A DNA stretch of 64,000 nt from a bacterium (lineage in GTDB: Bacteria > RBG-13-61-14 > DATKZS01). Below the pieces are notes generated by a model that saw only the letters and a list, made by a program, of their open reading frames with translations, was not told where the DNA came from and searched no databases. The stretch covers positions 160,001 through 224,000 of the forward strand of contig CAXXFL010000007.1 of NCBI GenBank assembly GCA_963674965.2, given 5' to 3'. Below, piece after piece: positions 1-10,080 of this stretch (the stretch's first letter is position 1; the number at the start of each line of letters is the position of its first letter). A program made the translations under genes and the position numbers.

Positions 1-785
1 CCCTGCTCCATCCCCGATTCTTCGACCTGGTCAAGGTCCTGAAGGACAATGGGGTCGAGACTTACTTCAACTGTAACGCGACCCTCATGGACGAGGAAAA
101 AGCCGCCAAAATACTGGACCTGGGAGTGGATACCATAAGCTTCTCCATTGACGGGGCCACCAGGGAGACCTACGAGCGGATCAGGGTGGGAGCCCAATTC
201 GACAAGGTCATCGAAAACGTGGCCAGGCTGTCGAAAATGAAAAAAAGCCGGGGACAGGTCACGCCGTATATCAACTCCCAGTTCACCGTCACCCGAGGCA
301 ACGCCCACGAGATAGTCGAGGCCGTCCGCGTGGCTGCGTCCCTTTCCGTGAACCAGTTGGTGGTCGAGCCGCTGACCCCCGTGTTTTGCTTCGACCGGGA
401 ATATGAAAAATACTATCGCGAGAACCTGGTCCCGTCCTCGGAAATTATCGGCCGGGCGCGAGAGGCCAGGGAGGAGGCGGAAAAACTCGGGGTCATTTTC
501 TCCTCCCATTACCTTTTCAAGGACGAGTGCCCGGACCCGCCCCGAACCTGCGTCCAGCCCTGGACCACCCTGGGCGTCAGGGTGGACGGCCGCGTTTTCA
601 CCTGCTGCGGGACCATGGAGCAGATGGGCGACCTGGCCGTCCAGGAAATCGGCCAGATATGGAACGGCGAGAAATACCGGTCACTGCGCCGGGCCGCCGC
701 CTCGGGACAATTCCCCGACTTCTGCTCCCTGTGCCTCTCCGAAAACAGGGCCAACCATTTTAACGAGGACATCCTCCTCGATTAG
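1..785 (+). CDS. Radical SAM/SPASM-domain protein, 5' end outside window
   Basis: Frame is open from the window start (LLHPRFFDLVKVLK...FNCNATLM). SFSIDG core motif, and C-terminal CxxPW...GRVFTCC...CSLC SPASM/Twitch cysteines. Confidence 0.85.
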   Translation, partial: LLHPRFFDLVKVLKDNGVETYFNCNATLMDEEKAAKILDLGVDTISFSIDGATRETYERIRVGAQFDKVIENVARLSKMKKSRGQVTPYINSQFTVTRGNAHEIVEAVRVAASLSVNQLVVEPLTPVFCFDREYEKYYRENLVPSSEIIGRAREAREEAEKLGVIFSSHYLFKDECPDPPRTCVQPWTTLGVRVDGRVFTCCGTMEQMGDLAVQEIGQIWNGEKYRSLRRAAASGQFPDFCSLCLSENRANHFNEDILLD

Positions 786-2008
786 TCCTCATCGTACTGA
801 AGGTCCACGAAGCGGCTCGTGGCCCCCTCCAGTATCGCCTTCTTCGTCTCGTCCCCCTTAAGGTACACGTCGAAGAACGCCACCGAGTACTCCTTGTAGG
901 CCTCGGCCTTGTCGTCGAAATGGGAGCGGAAGCCCGGTAGCGTCAGCCGGGCCAGGGTTATGGCGGCGGTCGAGTCGGCGGCCGTCATGTGGTCCGTCTT
1001 CTTGAGCACGATAAGATACTTCGGCGCCGGCGCGTTGTCGTAGATCGTCTGGATAGGCTCGATGGGCACCTCGAACTTTTCGTCGTCACCGTTGATCAGC
1101 ATGATCGGTATCTCGAGTTCCGAGGCCGCGCGGCCGAGCTCGGGATACATGACCGCCGAGCTCATGGCCAGGGACGCCTTGATCCGCTCGTCGCGCATGG
1201 CGAAGGGGTCCATTTCCCGAACGTAATCGAGGCAGCACGGGTTGGGCAGGTCGTCCAGGGCCATGTCCTCGAAGTCGCATTGGTCCGGCGGGGGCTGCCC
1301 CTCCTCGCAATAAAATGGCATGCCCGAAACCATGAAGGTCGTAAGTCCGCCCAGGGAGTGGCCGCTCATGCCTATCTTGTCGGGATCGATCGCCCCGAAC
1401 AGAAACGAGGCGGGGTCCCTGTTCCAGGCGAGGACCGCGTCAATGGCCGCCGACACCTCGGCCGGGCGGTAGGCGAAATCGTACTGCCTTTCCTCCAGCA
1501 TGTCGCCGAAAAGGTCGAACACCACCTTGGACAGGTCGAAGTTTGACTTGATCACGCTCCGGACCAGTCGCCCTTCCTTGATCTCGGGCTCACCCGAGAT
1601 ATGGCACATGGACGCCTCCGCGTGGTCCAGGGCGATGATCACGTAACCATGGCTGGCCAGGTTCTCGTTATAAAAAACGTGCTGGGGCGCGCACCCGCCC
1701 ATGCCGTGAGAGAAGACTATCAAGGGGTATGGCGCCTCGTCGGCCTTCAAAAGAGGAGCGTCAAGCGCCGCGTCGCCGACGATGCCGGTGTTGTACTCGT
1801 ATTTCGCGGCCTCCCTCGAGACGTCCGCCGGGTACCACAACAGGGCCGGGGCCACGCGGCCGTTGGCCTCAACCTGAGTCACCCGGACCCCCACGGGGTA
1901 GGGACCGTCGGAGGAGATGGTCTTCCGGGCCTTCGCCTCCGAGTCTCCGGGCGATAATAACCATAATGCCGCTACCGCCAGCGCCGCTAAAACCTTTAGA
2001 TTTTTCAT
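782..2008 (-). CDS. Secreted alpha/beta hydrolase (dienelactone hydrolase/PAF-acetylhydrolase-like)
   Basis: Signal peptide; PLIVFSHGMGG; GHSLGG nucleophile elbow; late TDHM His; SD AAGGAG upstream. Confidence 0.8.
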   Translation of the reverse strand: MKNLKVLAALAVAALWLLSPGDSEAKARKTISSDGPYPVGVRVTQVEANGRVAPALLWYPADVSREAAKYEYNTGIVGDAALDAPLLKADEAPYPLIVFSHGMGGCAPQHVFYNENLASHGYVIIALDHAEASMCHISGEPEIKEGRLVRSVIKSNFDLSKVVFDLFGDMLEERQYDFAYRPAEVSAAIDAVLAWNRDPASFLFGAIDPDKIGMSGHSLGGLTTFMVSGMPFYCEEGQPPPDQCDFEDMALDDLPNPCCLDYVREMDPFAMRDERIKASLAMSSAVMYPELGRAASELEIPIMLINGDDEKFEVPIEPIQTIYDNAPAPKYLIVLKKTDHMTAADSTAAITLARLTLPGFRSHFDDKAEAYKEYSVAFFDVYLKGDETKKAILEGATSRFVDLQYDED

Positions 2009-2209
2009 TGGTCGACTCCTTTCCTTGGATTAATTATTATCCCGCCGGCGCTTGAATATCAAACCAAGCGACATGGTCCTGAGGCAAAGCCCCCCTTGGC
2101 TTTCTCTTCGTGGTTTTCCGGATGGCGGCGATCGGGGTATTATTTATACCATCTTTGTAGCCCCCGATGCCCGAGCGCGGATGGGGCCGGGCCAATAAGG
2201 GAAAAGGAA

Positions 2210-2650
2210 ATGGAAAAAACCGAAAGCGCGATTAAAGATTTTCTCGCGGGATATAGCTGCGCCCAGGCGGTCCTGGCCTCCTTCGCCCCGGACATGGGCA
2301 TGGACCGGGAAACGGCCCTGAAGATCGCCTGCGCCTTTGGTGGGGGTATCAGCCGCCAGGCCATGACCTGCGGGGCCGTGACCGGGGCCCTCATGGCGAT
2401 AGGGCTTAAGTATGGAATGTCGGACGTTTCGGACTATCCGTCCAAGGAAAAGACCTATAGATTGGCTGCCCGGTTTATGGAACTCTTTAAAATCGAGCAT
2501 CAAAGCCTGGAGTGCAAGAGTTTGCTTCCATGTGATATAAGTACGGACGAGGGGATTATGGAATTCCGGGAAAAAGGATACCTCGATAAATATTGCGCCT
2601 CCTTCGTCCGGACCTCCGTTACCATCCTTGAAAAACTTCTAGAAGAATAG
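2210..2650 (+). CDS. C_GCAxxG_C_C family putative redox protein
   Basis: GYSCAQAV, FGGG, TCGAVTG and two later Cys. Start moved to ATG 2210 after a purine-rich SD. Confidence 0.85.
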   Translation: MEKTESAIKDFLAGYSCAQAVLASFAPDMGMDRETALKIACAFGGGISRQAMTCGAVTGALMAIGLKYGMSDVSDYPSKEKTYRLAARFMELFKIEHQSLECKSLLPCDISTDEGIMEFREKGYLDKYCASFVRTSVTILEKLLEE

Positions 2651-2662
2651 TGGAGGAACAAA

Positions 2663-4099
2663 GTGAAGAACTTTCGCGCGAAGACCCGCTACCTTGGCAT
2701 GTTGCCGACTTTTATTATCGCCTTTGTCCTGCTCGCCCCGCCTTTTCCCTCGAGGGCGGGTAAATGGGACGACGTAGCCGATCCTCTCGCGGTGGCCAAG
2801 GCGGCGGCGGACAAGGAGCTTTTCGGCCGGGTCATCGGGGACGACGCCGAGCGTCCGGACTTCAAGGTCCACCACGACCTTCTTTGGGAGGACTCGACCC
2901 TCATGGCCGGCGTGTTCGCGCTTTACGAGCGGACCGAGGAGGTCGGGTCTCCAGTACAAAGGTACGTGGATTATCTCGAGGCCTGGGCCGACAGGGACCC
3001 CGGCTATTACCTGGCGCCCATCGTCCACGGCGACCAGGTCTGCGCGGGCCAGACCTACGTCTGGCTTTACGAGAGGTCCGGCAAGACCTCGAACCATCTC
3101 TCCCGGACCGACGGCATGATCGATTTCCTGCGCAAGGGCCGGAAGTTCTCCCAGATCGGAACGGGATACGACCGGTATTGGATGAGGTTCTGGCAGGACG
3201 ACGTGCACATGGTGGCGCCCTTTTTGGCCATGCGCGGCGAGGCGGCGGGGGCCGAGGGCATACCCGGCGGGAGGGACGCCCGGGAGATATCCATGGACTA
3301 TTGCCGGGCTTATTGGGATATCCTTGGCGATGAGTCCACCGGCCTTATGTTCCACAATCCCCGCGCCCTGGGCGATTTTCACTGGGGCAGGGGCAACGGC
3401 TGGGTGGCGGGCGGCTATCTGAAGGTCATGCGGATACTCGAGCGCGACCCCGCCTACGCCGAGGACGCCGCCTGGCTCAAGGAAAGACTGACGGCCATGG
3501 CGGCCACGCTAAAGGACAACCGCAACGTGTACGGCACGTGGAACGCGGACCTTATTAATCGAGCCGAGTACGACGCTCCCGAGACCTCGGGCTCGGGTTT
3601 CTTCACCTACATGATCGCGAACATGGCCGGGGCCGGGGACCTCCCTGATGAATACAAGCCCGTGGCCCTCAAGGCCTGGAACTTCCTGAAAAGGAGCGTC
3701 AGGGACGACGGCTCGGTCATGCGCGTACAGCCGGTGGGAAGAGGGCCCATCGCCAAGGACTTCGAGTTCCATTCCGACACCTACGGGATAGGCTCACTCA
3801 TCCTGGCCGGGATCGAGATATCCAAAATGCCGGAGTTGGCCTGGACCGAGGGGGAAAAGGTCGAGTGCATGAGGCTTTCGCCTGACGAGTTGTCCATATC
3901 CGGGAACTCCGCCTCCATATCCGCCGAGGCGATCAAGGAGAAGGCGTCCGATTTTCCCGCGGACGCTTCCGGCCTAGTGGGGGCGGCCGTCTCGGGCGAG
4001 GCCCTGCCAACGGCGACGGCCGGCCCTGACGGAGGCCTTATAATCGAGGGCCTGCCCGACGGTTTCGAGGGCTATCTTTATCTTTATTACCAGCCTTAA
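2663..4099 (+). CDS. Secreted glycoside hydrolase, GH105/GH88 family
   Basis: Signal peptide; WQDDVHM, HWGRGNGW and ETSGSGFFTY motifs of the GH105 (alpha/alpha)6 fold. Confidence 0.8.
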   Translation: MKNFRAKTRYLGMLPTFIIAFVLLAPPFPSRAGKWDDVADPLAVAKAAADKELFGRVIGDDAERPDFKVHHDLLWEDSTLMAGVFALYERTEEVGSPVQRYVDYLEAWADRDPGYYLAPIVHGDQVCAGQTYVWLYERSGKTSNHLSRTDGMIDFLRKGRKFSQIGTGYDRYWMRFWQDDVHMVAPFLAMRGEAAGAEGIPGGRDAREISMDYCRAYWDILGDESTGLMFHNPRALGDFHWGRGNGWVAGGYLKVMRILERDPAYAEDAAWLKERLTAMAATLKDNRNVYGTWNADLINRAEYDAPETSGSGFFTYMIANMAGAGDLPDEYKPVALKAWNFLKRSVRDDGSVMRVQPVGRGPIAKDFEFHSDTYGIGSLILAGIEISKMPELAWTEGEKVECMRLSPDELSISGNSASISAEAIKEKASDFPADASGLVGAAVSGEALPTATAGPDGGLIIEGLPDGFEGYLYLYYQP

Positions 4100-4113
4100 A
4101 GAGGATTATCCGG

Positions 4114-5991
4114 ATGAAAGTTATTAAAGCGTTTATAGCCGCGGCCCTTATCCTGGCCGCCTTTTCCGCGCAAGCGGGCGCGGTCGAGATCGAGAGGGTA
4201 AAGAGGATTATCCCCGCCCCCAAGCCTTATGGCGAGCCGCAAGGCGCGGTGACGCCGGACGGGACTTTCAACGTCCGCGACCCGGGCGCTCCTTTTTACT
4301 CCGAGCGCCTGGCCGACGCCATGGGTCTCGACGGCGAGGGCAGGGACGCCGATGGAAACTACCTTGACCTGAACCGGGCCATATACACGGCCTATCGCCT
4401 GGCGGGAGACTCCGGCGCCCCCCGCGCCGTGCTTGTCCTCATGCCCGGCACCTGGGCGGGGTCCATGAGCATGGACACGGTGGCTCGCGACCTTCTGCGC
4501 CTGGCGGGCGAGAACGGAAAAAGCGGCCTCGAGGTCTGGCTCCTGGACCGCCGCTCCGAGCAACTCGAGGACCACGCGGGTCTGTGGTGGGCCATGCAAA
4601 ACGAGGGCAAGCTTTCGAACTCGGAGATAATCCGGACCATCTCCGATTATTATCGTCCCTTGTTCGAGCCGCTGGACGAGGGGACCGAGTTGATGGGACG
4701 CCGCTTCGTGCCCCTCGATCACGACTCCCTTCGCTTCATGGCCAACTGGGGCGCCGACGTGGCCATAAGGGACTGGCGGGCGGTCGTGCTCGAGGCCCAC
4801 CGCCGCGTGGGCAACGCCATCGAGGGGACCCTGGTGGAGGAGGCGAGGATTGTGGACGATTCAGCGGGAAGCGTCTTTATCGGCGGCCACTCCCTGGGCG
4901 GGAGCTTGACCGTGCTTTACGCCTCCTACGACTTCAGCCGGGACCCGGATACGGAGATACTGGGCATGAACGACGTAAGCGGCCTGGTCCTCCTGGAGGG
5001 CGGCTCGATGAAGCCGAGAAAGATAAGGGAGATGGGCGCGGAGAAATACCTCGAGTCCAATCAAAAGAGATACGAGGACGGCAAGGTCTACTTTGACATG
5101 GACGTGCTCGGCATCAGGTACGCTCCCTCCACCATGGCCTCGGTGGGCATCATGGGATGGGCTGCGGACAACGCCAGGGGAGAGCCATGCGAGTTTCCCG
5201 ACTATGCCCGGCCTAAAAACCTCAGGCTGCCCCGGATAACCAACGAGGCCGTTTTGGGTTACGCCATGGACGACGACGCCAGTCTCTTTTTCATCGCCCG
5301 CGCCTCGATAGGGACGCCGGAGGGAGACTTTGGATGGAACGGCCAGCTTCGTCCCAAGAGCTTCACCATTCATCCGGACCCTGGCGAATGCAGGGTGATC
5401 ACGCCATGGTACCCCGGCCACCGCGTCAAGGACCCTTCCTTTTTATATGGCTGGTCGAACCTTGACCAGGGACCTCATCCCGACGCGGACAACCCGCTTC
5501 GCAAGAAGTGCGGCCAGGACGACCCGGAGGTCACGGACTTTTACGCCTTCGCCCGGCTCCTTTATCGGGGAGTGGCCGAGTACGAGAACCAGCCGGCCCT
5601 AAGCCGCGGTCCGAACGACTTTCCCGAGTGGTACTTCCCGCCGAGGCTTTCCCATGACTCGAGGCTGATCGGCAAGAAGGCGGTCATGGACGGCGGGACC
5701 GAACTTTTCAACGCCACCGCCGTGAACGATATAGACCTTCCCGTGATTTCCCTCGTGGGAGACGACTCGATGGGGGAATTCTCGGTTCCCACCGTTGGAG
5801 AAAAGGACTTCGTCCCGGGTTCCCTCCAGCGTAAGGAAACGGCGGTCCACTTGATCAAGGGCTACACCCACCTGGATATAACGGCGGCCACGCGGAATTT
5901 TCAGGACGACCTGGACCCTCGATACTCGAATTACAACGCGCCGTCCGTGTATACCTACCGCTTTATCGAGCAAGTGGAAAGCTCCAGATGA
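4114..5991 (+). CDS. Large secreted alpha/beta-hydrolase-fold protein
   Basis: Signal peptide (AQA); LVLMPG; FIGGHSLGG; C-terminal GYTHLD His. Confidence 0.7.
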   Translation: MKVIKAFIAAALILAAFSAQAGAVEIERVKRIIPAPKPYGEPQGAVTPDGTFNVRDPGAPFYSERLADAMGLDGEGRDADGNYLDLNRAIYTAYRLAGDSGAPRAVLVLMPGTWAGSMSMDTVARDLLRLAGENGKSGLEVWLLDRRSEQLEDHAGLWWAMQNEGKLSNSEIIRTISDYYRPLFEPLDEGTELMGRRFVPLDHDSLRFMANWGADVAIRDWRAVVLEAHRRVGNAIEGTLVEEARIVDDSAGSVFIGGHSLGGSLTVLYASYDFSRDPDTEILGMNDVSGLVLLEGGSMKPRKIREMGAEKYLESNQKRYEDGKVYFDMDVLGIRYAPSTMASVGIMGWAADNARGEPCEFPDYARPKNLRLPRITNEAVLGYAMDDDASLFFIARASIGTPEGDFGWNGQLRPKSFTIHPDPGECRVITPWYPGHRVKDPSFLYGWSNLDQGPHPDADNPLRKKCGQDDPEVTDFYAFARLLYRGVAEYENQPALSRGPNDFPEWYFPPRLSHDSRLIGKKAVMDGGTELFNATAVNDIDLPVISLVGDDSMGEFSVPTVGEKDFVPGSLQRKETAVHLIKGYTHLDITAATRNFQDDLDPRYSNYNAPSVYTYRFIEQVESSR

Positions 5992-6047
5992 AGCGCGATC
6001 GGCGGCCTTAACGCGGCCGGTCCGGGGATTTACTCTACGGCCTTTTG

Positions 6048-6917
6048 TCAGCCCTTCAGTTTATCGAGCAGCGTTTGCCTGAAGCGCTCTCCCAGTTCGG
6101 GGTGTTTGAGCGCGTAATGGACGTTGGCCTCGAGGAAGCCCAGCTTGTCGCCCGCGTCGAAGCGCTCGCCCTCGAATATTAGGCCCATTACCTCTCCCTG
6201 GCCCGCTCGGGCGTTGATGGCGTCGGTAATCTGGATTTCCCCGCCCACTCCGGGGGGGGTCGCGTCGATGGCCTCGAAAATTTCCGGGGTGAAAAGGTAG
6301 CGGCTGACGATGCCGAGATTGGAGGGCGCGTCCTCGGGCCGGGGCTTCTCGATGGCCCTTTTCACCAGGACCACCCTCTCCGAGACCGGCTCGTGCTCGA
6401 CCATGCCGTACCAGGAAATCTGGTGTGGCGGAACGTCCATCAACGCCACCACCGACTTTCCGTGCTCCTCATACACGTCCATCAACTGGCGGCAGGCCGG
6501 CCGCTCGGGGTTGTCGATCATGTCGTCGGGAAGGAGCACCACGAAGGGCTCGCGGCCCACGGCCACCCTGCCCCGCCCGATGGCGTGCCCCAGACCCAGG
6601 GGCCGCGCCTGCCTGACGGTAACGATCTCGCAAAGGGATTGCAACTCCTTGACGTTCCTCAATAACGCGTCCTTGCCCCGCCTCTCGAGCATGTCCTCGA
6701 GTTCCGGCGAGGCGTCGAAATGATCGGCCATGGCGTGCTTGCCGTGGGCCGTGACCAGCACCACCCGCTCGATCCCCGAGGCCGCGCACTCCTCGATCAT
6801 GTACTGAAGGATGGGCTTGTCCACGATGGGCATCATTTCCTTGGGTATGACCTTGGTGGCGGGCAGGAAACGAGTTCCCAGTCCCGCCGCAGGAATCACG
6901 GCTTGTCTTATCTTCAT
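6048..6917 (-). CDS. galU: UTP--glucose-1-phosphate uridylyltransferase
   Basis: AVIPAAGLGTRFLPATKVIPKEM, LGLGHA, GGEIQITDA. Confidence 0.97.
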   Translation of the reverse strand: MKIRQAVIPAAGLGTRFLPATKVIPKEMMPIVDKPILQYMIEECAASGIERVVLVTAHGKHAMADHFDASPELEDMLERRGKDALLRNVKELQSLCEIVTVRQARPLGLGHAIGRGRVAVGREPFVVLLPDDMIDNPERPACRQLMDVYEEHGKSVVALMDVPPHQISWYGMVEHEPVSERVVLVKRAIEKPRPEDAPSNLGIVSRYLFTPEIFEAIDATPPGVGGEIQITDAINARAGQGEVMGLIFEGERFDAGDKLGFLEANVHYALKHPELGERFRQTLLDKLKG

Positions 6918-6964
6918 CGAATCTCCCTTGCATATTTATTCGGCCGGGCCAAACTTATCGATCT

Positions 6965-8236
6965 TCATGGGGTCTTAAGCGCCCCTCCCACGAACACGGC
7001 CTTGGCCTTGCCCTTGACCTTCCAGCCCTGGAAGGGCGTGTACCTTCCCTTGGAGTAAAATTTGCTCGCCTCGACGATCCACTCCTCCTCCGGGTCCAAG
7101 ACGGTCACGTCGGCTATCTGCCCAGGGGCCAGGCTCCCTCCCTCGACGCCCAGTATCTCGGCCGGCGCGGCCGAGACCAGTTCGACCCACCGGGAGGGCG
7201 ACAAATGCCCTTCCCTCACCAGGGACAATGATAATGGCAAAATGGTCTCGAGACCCACGATGCCGTTGGCGGCCATGGCGAACTCGACGTCCTTCTCGAC
7301 CGAGCTGTGAGGGGCGTGGTCGCTGGCCACGGCGTCGATGGTCCCGTCGGCCAGCCCCGCGATAATGGCCAGCCTGTCCTCCTCGGACCGGAGGGGCGGG
7401 TTCATTTTGAAACGCGAGTCGTATCCCCGGACCGCCTCGTCGGTAAGAGTGAAGTAATGGGGGCAGGTCTCGGCCGTAACCCTGACTCCCCTCTCCTTGG
7501 CCCGCCTGACGATCCTTACCGACCCCTCGGTGGAAAGGTGCTGAAGGTGCAGCCTGCCGCCCGTAAGCTCGGCCATTAAAACGTCCCTGGCCACCATCAC
7601 CTCCTCGGCCGCGCCCGGGACCCCCGCCAGTCCCAGCTCGGTACTGACGTGGCTCTCGTTCATGCAGCCGCCCTCGGACAGGCTCGTCTGCTCCGGATGC
7701 GACAACAAGGGAACGCCCAGACCCAGGCAGTACTCGAGGGCGTGGCGCATGATGAGGTCGCTGGTGATGGGATGGCCGTCGTCGCTCAGGGCCACGCAGC
7801 CCGCGCCGACCAGTTCTCCCATCTCCGCCAGTTCCTCACCCGCCAGTCCCCTGGTCACGGCCCCGACCGGATATATCCGGGCCTTGTCCGCCGCCCGGGC
7901 CCGATCCCGGATATAGTCGGTCACCGAGGCGTTGTCGTTCACCGTCCTCGTGTTGGCCATGCAGGCAACGGCCGAGACGCCGCCGGCGACGGCCGCCGAG
8001 GAACCCGAGGCTATGGTCTCCTTGTACTCCTCGCCGGGTTCGCGAAGATGGACGTGCATGTCGATAAGGCCGGGTACCACCCACTTGCCCGAGGCGTCGA
8101 AAACCTCGTCGTGATCGGCCGATGACCCGGGCTCGAGTATGGCCTTGATCCTTTCGTCCTCGATGAGCACGTCCCTTTGATCGCTTATGCCCTGGCTGGG
8201 GTCGATGACCCGCCCGCCCTTAATTAGCGTCTTCAT
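6965..8236 (-). CDS. pyrC: Dihydroorotase
   Basis: [28 protein letters not shown]. Start at MKTLIKGG (8236) overlaps the pyrB end. Confidence 0.96.
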   Translation of the reverse strand: MKTLIKGGRVIDPSQGISDQRDVLIEDERIKAILEPGSSADHDEVFDASGKWVVPGLIDMHVHLREPGEEYKETIASGSSAAVAGGVSAVACMANTRTVNDNASVTDYIRDRARAADKARIYPVGAVTRGLAGEELAEMGELVGAGCVALSDDGHPITSDLIMRHALEYCLGLGVPLLSHPEQTSLSEGGCMNESHVSTELGLAGVPGAAEEVMVARDVLMAELTGGRLHLQHLSTEGSVRIVRRAKERGVRVTAETCPHYFTLTDEAVRGYDSRFKMNPPLRSEEDRLAIIAGLADGTIDAVASDHAPHSSVEKDVEFAMAANGIVGLETILPLSLSLVREGHLSPSRWVELVSAAPAEILGVEGGSLAPGQIADVTVLDPEEEWIVEASKFYSKGRYTPFQGWKVKGKAKAVFVGGALKTP

Positions 8237-9155
8237 GCTTTCCTCCGCACAAAAGGAAAAGGAGCGCCATTCTGACGGCCACCCCGTTCTCCACCTGCTC
8301 CAGGATGATCGAGCGGGGACCGTCCGCCACCTCGGGGCTGATCTCGACCCCCCGGTTGACGGGGCCCGGATGCATGATAAGCGCCTCATTTTTGGCGCGC
8401 TCGAGGCGAGCCGAGTTGAGACCGTAGCGGATCGAGTACTCCCTTAAGGAGGGAAACCGCGAGCCGCTTCCCCTCTCGAGCTGTATGCGCAGCGTCATGA
8501 TCACGTCGGCGTCCTTGATGGCCTCGTCCAGGTCGTAGGAAACGGAGGCCCCCATTCTTTCGATCCCCTTGGGGATGAGGGTGGGCGGCCCGCACACCGT
8601 CACCCGACTTCCCATGGTGGTGAAGCCCTGGACGTTCGAGCGGGCGACCCGGCTGTTGGTTATGTCCCCCACGATCACCACCTTGAGGCCGTCAAGGCGC
8701 CCGAGCTTTTCCCGGACGCTGAACATGTCCAGGAGCGCCTGGGTCGGATGAGCGTGGGCCCCGTCCCCCGCGTTGATGATGGGCGTGGGCACGGCCCGGG
8801 CTATCATGTGAGGGGCCCCCGCCATGCGGTGCCGGATCACCAGGATGTCCGGCGACATGGCCTGGATGTTTCGGACCGTGTCCAAAAGGGTCTCGCCCTT
8901 GGTCAGGCTCGAGGCGCCGGGCGAGAAGTTGATGGTGTCGGCCGAGAGCCTTTTTCCCGCCAGCTCGAAGCTCATGCGGGTCCGGGTGGAGGGCTCGAAG
9001 AAGAGGTTCACGTGGGTGAGTCCCTTCAAGGTGGGGACTTTCTTGATCCTTCTCTTGTTGATCTCCTTGAGGGAGTCCGCCGTGTCCAGGATGGCCGTTA
9101 TATCGCCCTGGCTCACGTCCGTCAGGTCGAGAAGGTTCCTGATCTTCAATTCCAT
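8220..9155 (-). CDS. pyrB: Aspartate carbamoyltransferase catalytic subunit
   Basis: [30 protein letters not shown]. Confidence 0.98.
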   Translation of the reverse strand: MELKIRNLLDLTDVSQGDITAILDTADSLKEINKRRIKKVPTLKGLTHVNLFFEPSTRTRMSFELAGKRLSADTINFSPGASSLTKGETLLDTVRNIQAMSPDILVIRHRMAGAPHMIARAVPTPIINAGDGAHAHPTQALLDMFSVREKLGRLDGLKVVIVGDITNSRVARSNVQGFTTMGSRVTVCGPPTLIPKGIERMGASVSYDLDEAIKDADVIMTLRIQLERGSGSRFPSLREYSIRYGLNSARLERAKNEALIMHPGPVNRGVEISPEVADGPRSIILEQVENGVAVRMALLFLLCGGKHEDAN

Positions 9156-9170
9156 GGCCAGACCTCCATG

Positions 9171-9734
9171 TCACTCTCCCTCCTTTTTTTGAAGCTCATC
9201 GTCGCCCTCCACCAAAAGGACCTCGTCCTTTTCGCCGCCCACCGAGACGTTGACCAGGTCGCCCCTGGCCGTGGGTACGTTCCTGCCCACGTAGTCGGGC
9301 CGGATGGGAAGCTCGCGGTGGCCCCTGTCTATCAGCACGGCCAGTTGGATGCTTTTGGGCCTTCCCAGGTCCATAAGGGCGTCCATGGCCGCCCGGATGG
9401 TCCGGCCCGTGAAGAGCACGTCGTCCACCAGGATGATGGTCTTGCCCTCGACCGGGAAGTCGATCACCGTCTTTTTCACCTTGATGTTGGTGCGGCTGTG
9501 GAATATATCGTCGCGGTACATGGTCACGTCGATGTACCCGCAGGAGGACGAATTCGACTCGATCTCGCCCAGAAGCGAGCAAAGACGCTTGGCCATGCCC
9601 TCTCCTCCGCTGCGCACGCCGACCAGGGCCACGTCCCTGGCCCCCTTGTTGCGCTCGACTATCTCGTGGGCGATGCGCCTCAGGGCGCGGTCTATGGCCT
9701 CGTGGTCGAGCATTACCCGCTCGCGTGGTTTCAT
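9171..9734 (-). CDS. pyrR: Pyrimidine operon attenuation regulator / uracil phosphoribosyltransferase
   Basis: RIAHEIVE, LVDDVLFTGRTIRAA, DRGHRELPIRPDYVG. Confidence 0.97.
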   Translation of the reverse strand: MKPRERVMLDHEAIDRALRRIAHEIVERNKGARDVALVGVRSGGEGMAKRLCSLLGEIESNSSSCGYIDVTMYRDDIFHSRTNIKVKKTVIDFPVEGKTIILVDDVLFTGRTIRAAMDALMDLGRPKSIQLAVLIDRGHRELPIRPDYVGRNVPTARGDLVNVSVGGEKDEVLLVEGDDELQKKEGE

Positions 9735-9766
9735 GGGGACCTCCCGGCGTCCCCTCCCGGAGACGT

Positions 9767-9794
9767 AAAAAAAACCTTCTCCTCAAGGAGAAGG
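9767..9794 (-). terminator. Intrinsic terminator of the pyr leader (attenuator)
   Basis: Minus strand CCTTCTCC-TTGA-GGAGAAGG followed by T8, lying between the promoter and the pyrR start. Confidence 0.9.
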
Positions 9795-9831
9795 CGTGGG
9801 TCGGTGGTAATTTTTCGCTGGCGTCTCATTA

Positions 9832-9868
9832 TCCTTCCTTTCTTACCTCGCCGGATAAAATTAAAGGA
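9832..9868 (-). promoter_or_regulatory. PyrR-binding RNA stem-loop
   Basis: Minus strand TCCTTTAA-TTTTATCCGGCGAGGTAAG-AAAGGAAGGA closely resembles the CUUUAA...ARUCCNGNGAGGYU...AAGG consensus, and sits upstream of the leader terminator and pyrR. Confidence 0.88.
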
Positions 9869-9910
9869 CGGACATTGAAAACCACTATGGCTTTTCAATG
9901 GTCGGGTAGA

Positions 9911-9939
9911 AGACTACCACCATGAAAGAGCCGTGTCAA
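9911..9939 (-). promoter_or_regulatory. Sigma70-type promoter of the pyr operon
   Basis: TTGACA-N17-TAGTCT on the minus strand. Confidence 0.7.
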
Positions 9940-10080
9940 CGCCGTTTTCGATTCATGTTTTTTTTAAGCTCGCCGGCGAGCGAGTCCCCGCGTTTTCACG
10001 TCTCGATGGCAACTTAGAGCAAGTTATTATCGCCTAAGCCCTTGCGGAGTTGGGGTAAGTTTATTATTGTAGGCATTGGG

